This document shows, piece by piece, positions 58,587 to 64,000 of a stretch of 64,000 bases of DNA. The DNA is from Oligoflexales bacterium (lineage in GTDB: Bacteria > Myxococcota_A > UBA9042 > DTJE01): contig DUVQ01000098.1 of assembly GCA_012840965.1 (NCBI GenBank), positions 2,059 to 66,058 on the forward strand, written 5' to 3'. The notes under the pieces are model-generated. The model was not told where the DNA came from and ran no database searches. It was given only the letters and a program-made list of their open reading frames with translations. A program made the position numbers and the translations under genes. Positions within the stretch are counted from its first letter, which is position 1. Every line of letters begins with the position of its first letter.

Positions 58587-61103
58587 ATGGGGCTATCTAA
58601 TCAAAAACATTGGTCAATTTTGGCGGGCTTGTCCTTGGTTTTCGCTGTTGCTTGTAATGAAAGCCCAGAGCCAACCCCTTTGGATGACGCTATCCAAGAC
58701 GCATCAGATGACACCCCCACAGAAGACGTTTTTGGTGACGACGATTCTGGCGACGAATCTGGATTTTCACAAAAGGCAACTCCTTGGCGTGCTGGTCCGG
58801 AGGCGCCTTCAAGTGACCTGTTCGAGGATTATGGATTAACCGAATTTAACGGTTGGGTCGACGAGGTCTCGTGGAAGTTTGAAAACGGAGAACCCGTGCT
58901 CAACCACCACGAGCTTGCCTATTATGCAGTTGCTAATGGGCGCACCTTTTCCTTTTTGGGTACAACTTACCCCCTAACAGTGCTTCACGAACCTTATGGG
59001 CCTGATTACAACCGACCGAAACTAAAGACTTTCCCAGATATCCATTTCAGCGCAACTATTGGTGGTAAAGCCCAAAAGGTGGATGTCTCACGCATAGGTC
59101 GATTCAGCAAAAGCTCCATTGTTGGCATTACAAACGAGGGCCAGAGCCTTAAAGTTTCTTCGCTATTTGCGGCCCCAGTCAGTGATGATGCAGACATCAG
59201 AACCTCGATTATTGCCATTTTCCGGCTCACCAACACCGGGACAGACCCAATCAAATCAGTTGGTTTTTCAATGAAGCCGATGTCTGGTTTTGAAGAATCA
59301 GCTGAAGGTGTGGCTATTTTTAAACAATTGGATCGCCGCATAACAACCGTTTGTCCTGATGCGACATGGGACGACGACAAAGCCGCGTTTGTTGTGCAAG
59401 ACGTCGACCTAGAAGCTGGTGCCAGCCGAGATATCCAGTTTTGGTTGTTTTTCTCCGATGGAAAGGTGGAGGCCAACAGGGTAGAGCACCTGACTGCCCT
59501 AGCTAAAGCATCAGACGTCAAAGCAATTTTCGGCGCGACCAACTCGTGGTGGGAAGACTGGTTTTCACAGGGCCTAGTTGTGGAATTGGACGACCCTATG
59601 GTCACCGACCTGATCGAGTCCTTCCAGTACACCCTTAAAGCGCAAATTTCATACAACGGCGCAATGAGCCCGCTTTCTCACTATGGCGAGTATTGGACTC
59701 GTGACATCAGCTCTCCCGTAAGGATGCTGTCAATCATGTCCAGGCCAGACGAGGCGCGGTCCATACTTGATTATCACCACGTCGCAGCCTGTGCAAATGA
59801 GGGCTTCTTTAATGCCTCCAAAGTTGATTGGCCTACCGACGTTCCCTGTGCTGTAACCGATTGGTCCGCGCTGCCCGTCCTTACAAACAAAACAGCTGCC
59901 GAGGCGCCATCTTACATTGTTCACATGTACCACCGGTTATTTGACACTACCGGCGATTCGTCCTTGATGCGTGAAAGAGAAGAGATGCTTCGCTATGGGC
60001 TTCAAAAGCAAAACATGGACGAGACATTCTTGCTGCCATTTTCTGACGACGAGACCTTTAGGGCAGCCATGGCCATGAACTTAAACCTTGATGGAGGGGC
60101 ATCAATGATGTTTGCCGATGTGGCATGGTCTCTTCACTCCACGCTGCTCTACGTGGCTGCTGCCGATGGCCTTGCCGCAGCCCTTGGTTACGAGCAGACC
60201 GACGACATCGTTAAGGTCAGAAATTCTGTGGCCGCAACTTTGGATCAGTACTACTGGCAAGAAGAAGAGGGCTTTTGGGCAGCCATGGTTTACAAAGACG
60301 ATCTGAGGCCTTTAATGGCTCCATACGAAGATGTGAATCTTACCGCCGCTTGGATGAACCTCGAAGATGCCTTGGGATGGGACAGGATAAGCAGTGATAT
60401 TAATGCCTTAGTTGAAAGGGCCTGGGTTGACGAGCTTGGAGTTATTCAAACCAACGCAGGGGCTTATAGTGAGCTTTTTGGTTTTGACCTCTCGATGGGC
60501 ATAGCAACTGGAATGACGCCAGGTTTTTCTTTGTATGCGCTGTCTCGTCATCGCCCCGATCTGGCACAAAAAAGCTTTAATGCTTTTAGGGAAATTGCTA
60601 CCGCCTCTGGGAATGTTACCGAGGATTATGCGACAAAGGGCTTCGTCCCACTGATGCCTTTGTACGATGATTCAGGTGAGTTTGGTGAGGTTTGGGCACG
60701 TTTCCGTCCGTGGGAGGGGGCCCAGGATGCAGAGGCCATTATTTTCTATCTGACAGGGCTGTGGCCAGACGCTGCAAACCATCGTGTCGCCCTTCAACCG
60801 CATCTGCCAAATAACCTTCCACGTGCGACATATAGGGGGCTTATGGCGGGCGGTTGCAAGATCGACTTGAGCTTAGAGGAGCAAAGTGAGACGGTGCGAG
60901 ACTACGCGGTACATTTCACAGGCGACAAGTGTAATGACCTCAATGTGACTTTGAAAACCGCCACTTGGGAATGTGGTGAGACCGATTTCTGCCAAGTGAC
61001 AGTAACGGCCAGTGGGTGCGTCATTGACCAGGCCGCAGCTGCTATTGGAACAGCCAGTTTTAAAGCCCAAGACAAGATGATTTGCACATTCAGGGCCGAG
61101 TAA
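58587..61103 (+). CDS. large lipoprotein, unknown function (possibly alpha/alpha-toroid glycosidase-like; weak)
   Basis: The internal start MGLSNQKHWSILAGLSLVFAVAC has a GGGGGGAG RBS and a lipobox. The track start at 58530 overlaps the purL stop. Confidence 0.5.
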   Translation: MGLSNQKHWSILAGLSLVFAVACNESPEPTPLDDAIQDASDDTPTEDVFGDDDSGDESGFSQKATPWRAGPEAPSSDLFEDYGLTEFNGWVDEVSWKFENGEPVLNHHELAYYAVANGRTFSFLGTTYPLTVLHEPYGPDYNRPKLKTFPDIHFSATIGGKAQKVDVSRIGRFSKSSIVGITNEGQSLKVSSLFAAPVSDDADIRTSIIAIFRLTNTGTDPIKSVGFSMKPMSGFEESAEGVAIFKQLDRRITTVCPDATWDDDKAAFVVQDVDLEAGASRDIQFWLFFSDGKVEANRVEHLTALAKASDVKAIFGATNSWWEDWFSQGLVVELDDPMVTDLIESFQYTLKAQISYNGAMSPLSHYGEYWTRDISSPVRMLSIMSRPDEARSILDYHHVAACANEGFFNASKVDWPTDVPCAVTDWSALPVLTNKTAAEAPSYIVHMYHRLFDTTGDSSLMREREEMLRYGLQKQNMDETFLLPFSDDETFRAAMAMNLNLDGGASMMFADVAWSLHSTLLYVAAADGLAAALGYEQTDDIVKVRNSVAATLDQYYWQEEEGFWAAMVYKDDLRPLMAPYEDVNLTAAWMNLEDALGWDRISSDINALVERAWVDELGVIQTNAGAYSELFGFDLSMGIATGMTPGFSLYALSRHRPDLAQKSFNAFREIATASGNVTEDYATKGFVPLMPLYDDSGEFGEVWARFRPWEGAQDAEAIIFYLTGLWPDAANHRVALQPHLPNNLPRATYRGLMAGGCKIDLSLEEQSETVRDYAVHFTGDKCNDLNVTLKTATWECGETDFCQVTVTASGCVIDQAAAAIGTASFKAQDKMICTFRAE

Positions 61104-61205
61104 TTCTTTTTTGGCGTAAAAACCCTTAAAAAAGGGATAATCCCCATCTTGAAACAGTGTGAATCCTTTGATACTCTGCGTCGGAAACGTCTGATTGGGG
61201 GAATC

Positions 61206-63545
61206 ATGGACTGGGCTGTTCGACTTCCTGAGATTGGAGACAAGATTGGCGGTAGGTTTCGCATAGTTGCGATTAAAGGCTCCGGGCCGGTAGGCATGGT
61301 GTTCAAGGCCTTTGATTTGGCTTTGGACTTGCCTGTGGCAGTGAAAGTTTTTAATCCAGAGTTGTTTAGTTCCGCATTTAGGGAGCTGAATCTGCTGCGG
61401 CTGTACAGGGCCAGGACCCTACAAGACAGCAATCTGGTCAGAATTTTTGAGGTCATGGAAGAAGACGGCCTTCATTTTGTGACCAGCCAGTTAGTTGAGG
61501 GGATGTCCCTTAGGGCAGTGCTCGATCTGAGGGACGAAAGTGGTGAGCGATTTCCAGCGCCCAAGATTCGGTCGCTTGCAGAGTGGCTGATAGACGCTGT
61601 TGTCCCTATCCATAAACAGGGGATTATTCACGGGAATCTGAAGCCGGAGAACCTGTTCGTTTTACCGGACAAACTAATGGTTTCGGACCCTCACTACTTG
61701 GTCCTTAACATGCTTGTTGAGGGCCAGGAGATTCCAGCTACAGACTTTTATCGTGGTCCAGAGCAACTTACTGAACCGCGAATGGAATTGAAGCAGACTG
61801 ATGTTTACGCCGTCGCTTTAATCATAGGTGAGATTCTTGCCATTAATCCAGTAAGGGCAGGCGTTCCTCTTTCTGAACAAATTCCAAGGCTTACCAAGCA
61901 TCTTGATGATGTCTTTGTCAAGGCTACCCAAGACGACCCATTTGATAGGTACGATTCATTACAAAGCTTTGCCAAGGATTTAAGCAGTGCCTTTGCAAAG
62001 GTAGATGTTGACGGACTGTGGGTCCGCAGGATGCACGAGACAGGCTCGTTCAAGGCGTTAAGGATCGTCCAAGCTCCAGATGGTCAGCCAATTCCTCTGG
62101 TAGTGGAACCAACTGCTGTCACAGCCCCCGAGCCTGCCCCTGCTCCCGAGCCCGAGCCTGCCCCAGAGCCCGCCCCAGAGCCAGAGCCTGCCCCTGCCCC
62201 GGAGCCTGCACCTGTCTCTGCCCCCGCCCCTGATCCTGTCCCTGTCCCTGACCCCGAGCCAGAGCCCAACCCTGCTGACGAACTAGAGGAAGAGGGCATC
62301 GAATTCGATACAAATCGCATTGATGACTCGGACTTAGAGGGAATCGAGGTTGTCTTTAGCGCACCTGCAATGGATGATGAGGAAGATCTTGCTGTTGAGG
62401 AGACAGTAGAGCCCGTGGCACCGGAGCCCACCAAAGCCGGAAGGGGTAGAAAAGGGAAAAAGGGTAGACAGGCCGCTAGGGAGGCCGCTAAAGAGGCGGC
62501 AAGGGCCGCTCAAAAGGAGGAAGAACAGCCCCCACCTGCACCTGAACCACCTCCGGTTGTAGTTGCAGATGCCCCACCAGATGTGCCAGATCTGCTGTTG
62601 ACTACCCCACAGCGCAGACCCACTGGCCCCTTACCAAAACCACCTACCAGGCCTATAGATACCGGCACTGTAACTGTAATCAAAAAAGACGAGCCAAAAA
62701 GCGGAATTATGCGTTTTCTTTGGCTTATAGCGTTGGTGGTAGTGTTGGGTGGTGCTGCAACATTTTGGTACATGGGTAAATCTGATCCAGTGGAGGAGCC
62801 AGTCATTGCTGCTGTTGATGACCCAGCTCCTGCCCCGGCTCCAGCTCCTGAGCCTGCTGCAGCTCCGGCCCCAGCTCCGGCCCCAGCCCCTGAGCCCGCT
62901 GCAGCCCCGGCCCCGGCTCCGGCCCCAGTCCCTGAGCCTGCTCCTGCCCCCGAGCCTGTCCCTGCCCCTGAGCCCGCTGCTGCCCCCGAGCCTGAGCCTG
63001 TCCCTGCCCCAGAACCAGCCCCCGCTCCCGAGCCAGCCCCAGCCCCCCAAGGCGCCCTTTTAGCAGACAACCTAGTCTGCCCCGCGGGCATGGCGCTAAT
63101 CGTGCTGGATGAAACAGCCACTGTTGACTCCAAGGCCAAACCAAGCTCAGTAGGCTTTTGTATCGACACCCACGAATTTCCTGGAGCTGGTCAAAAACCA
63201 AGGGGCGGCGCGTCTAGGGCCACCGCAACCAGCTTGTGCAAAAAGGCTGGGAAGGCACTGTGCAGTAGCGCCCAATGGTTAAAAGCCTGCGAAACCGGCA
63301 CACCAGAGGCATCGAAGTGTAACGTGACAGGCGGCGTACAACCCGCAGGTTCCTACGCTGAATGCGTAACATCCAACGGTGTGTACGACATGATCGGAAA
63401 TGTTGGGGAATGGACCTCTGACAACTTCATCAGAGGCGGTGACACCAACGTTGGTGGGATTGGATCTTGTTCCTACAAAACTAAGCGTTTTAGCCCGAAA
63501 TCCACAGACGGATTCAGATGTTGTGCCAATCCTACAACTCGCTGA
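61206..63545 (+). CDS. Ser/Thr-kinase-like protein (predicted pseudokinase) with TM, Pro/Ala/Glu repeats and a C-terminal FGE-sulfatase-like domain
   Basis: G-loop IKGSGPVGMVFKA and VAVKV lysine are present, but the catalytic loop reads HGNLKPEN (not HRDLKPEN) and the DFG position reads SDP. A TM segment (LIALVVVLGGAATFWYM) separates two PAPEPEP tracts. C-terminus ...YDMIGNVGEWTSD.... Confidence 0.7.
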   Translation: MDWAVRLPEIGDKIGGRFRIVAIKGSGPVGMVFKAFDLALDLPVAVKVFNPELFSSAFRELNLLRLYRARTLQDSNLVRIFEVMEEDGLHFVTSQLVEGMSLRAVLDLRDESGERFPAPKIRSLAEWLIDAVVPIHKQGIIHGNLKPENLFVLPDKLMVSDPHYLVLNMLVEGQEIPATDFYRGPEQLTEPRMELKQTDVYAVALIIGEILAINPVRAGVPLSEQIPRLTKHLDDVFVKATQDDPFDRYDSLQSFAKDLSSAFAKVDVDGLWVRRMHETGSFKALRIVQAPDGQPIPLVVEPTAVTAPEPAPAPEPEPAPEPAPEPEPAPAPEPAPVSAPAPDPVPVPDPEPEPNPADELEEEGIEFDTNRIDDSDLEGIEVVFSAPAMDDEEDLAVEETVEPVAPEPTKAGRGRKGKKGRQAAREAAKEAARAAQKEEEQPPPAPEPPPVVVADAPPDVPDLLLTTPQRRPTGPLPKPPTRPIDTGTVTVIKKDEPKSGIMRFLWLIALVVVLGGAATFWYMGKSDPVEEPVIAAVDDPAPAPAPAPEPAAAPAPAPAPAPEPAAAPAPAPAPVPEPAPAPEPVPAPEPAAAPEPEPVPAPEPAPAPEPAPAPQGALLADNLVCPAGMALIVLDETATVDSKAKPSSVGFCIDTHEFPGAGQKPRGGASRATATSLCKKAGKALCSSAQWLKACETGTPEASKCNVTGGVQPAGSYAECVTSNGVYDMIGNVGEWTSDNFIRGGDTNVGGIGSCSYKTKRFSPKSTDGFRCCANPTTR

Positions 63546-63585
63546 TCTATCTTGCATCAAGCCTTCAACCACAAGGAGCCACACA

Positions 63586-64000
63586 GTGATAGATAGATAC
63601 ACAACTGTGCGCATGCGCAATATCTGGTCCATGAAGAATCGTTGGAATCTTTTTTTGGACGTAGAGCTAGCTTATCTTGAGGCTTTAGAAGAAGACAAGA
63701 TTGCCACACCAGGACAAGCTAAAAAAATTAAGGACTTGGTGACCATAGACCCCGACCGGATCGCAGCCCTTGAACAGACGCTTCGCCACGATGTGATAGC
63801 GTTTTTGACCCATGTGGAAGAGCAGGCAGGTGAGGCGACCAGATTCCTGCATTATGGACTTACCAGTTCCGACGTCCTAGACACGGTATTTGCTCTTCAG
63901 CTTAAACAGGCCACAGCCTACATCTTGGAAGAGATGTCAAACCTGACAGATGCGCTGGATGAACTGGCGCAACGTCACAAAAAAACGCCCATTGCCGGTC
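63586..64000 (+). CDS. purB: adenylosuccinate lyase, 3'-truncated at window edge
   Basis: GTG start preceded by AAGGAG. VIDRYTTVRMRNIWSMKNRWNLFLDVELAYLEA... parallels B. subtilis PurB MIERYSRPEMSAIWSDENRF.... Runs off the window end. Confidence 0.8.
   Translation, partial: MIDRYTTVRMRNIWSMKNRWNLFLDVELAYLEALEEDKIATPGQAKKIKDLVTIDPDRIAALEQTLRHDVIAFLTHVEEQAGEATRFLHYGLTSSDVLDTVFALQLKQATAYILEEMSNLTDALDELAQRHKKTPIAG

Noticed and set aside
62084-63201. Gly/Ala/Ser- and Arg/Gly-rich ORFs on the minus strand (for example 62510-63169, 219 aa)
   Set aside because: They are the reverse complement and alternate frames of the PAPEPEP-encoding repeat tracts of the kinase-like gene.

Overview
This 64-kb window looks like chromosomal DNA (about 50% GC) from a Myxococcota/Bradymonadota/Bdellovibrionota-like deltaproteobacterial lineage. 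The taxonomic signals are MopE-type CDGIDNDCDG repeats, a MYXO-CTERM-like sorting tail, a lamin-tail domain, FGE-sulfatase domains fused to a Ser/Thr-kinase-like protein, and many Cys-rich lipoproteins.

Housekeeping genes present:
- pgk-tpiA-secG followed directly by parA-parB, with a perfect parS palindrome at the parA start.
- purC, purL and the 5' end of purB.
- recO, lepB, ribBA, an nfnAB-like pair, arcC, a ppiD-like chaperone, an M23 peptidase, and FliA-like and ECF sigma factors.

Accessory or unusual content:
1. A six-gene minus-strand operon (3864-9217) encoding a DegT aminotransferase, an epimerase/dehydratase, an ABC-2 exporter and membrane proteins, opposite a large GT-C-like membrane protein.
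2. A tRNA-Cys(GCA) locus flanked by a decayed AAA(DUF4143) ATPase pseudogene and tandem 31-bp repeats. Next to it is an overlapping two-gene module led by a Pol-beta-fold nucleotidyltransferase, then a GH35 glycosidase.
3. Two tandem paralogous lipoproteins (570 and 375 aa; the 570-aa copy has about 80 cysteines) that share a conserved 5' leader, followed by a DUF853/HerA-clade ATPase with a coiled-coil tail.
4. A tightly coupled six-gene operon (49754-54521): SGNH membrane protein, an unannotated 56-aa membrane ORF, a PP-loop ATPase, a small membrane protein, a NodU/CmcH carbamoyltransferase and a PqqD-like protein.
5. A dispersed C-rich/G-rich (CCCTGY)n repeat family with G-quadruplex potential. 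At least nine intergenic copies bracket individual accessory genes, and related copies sit in-frame inside two CDSs as low-complexity linkers.
6. A roughly 330-bp structured non-coding region upstream of ribBA that I could not assign to a known RNA family.

The supplied ORF track uses non-ATG starts and often over-extends N-termini. I re-derived several starts from RBS positions and homology.
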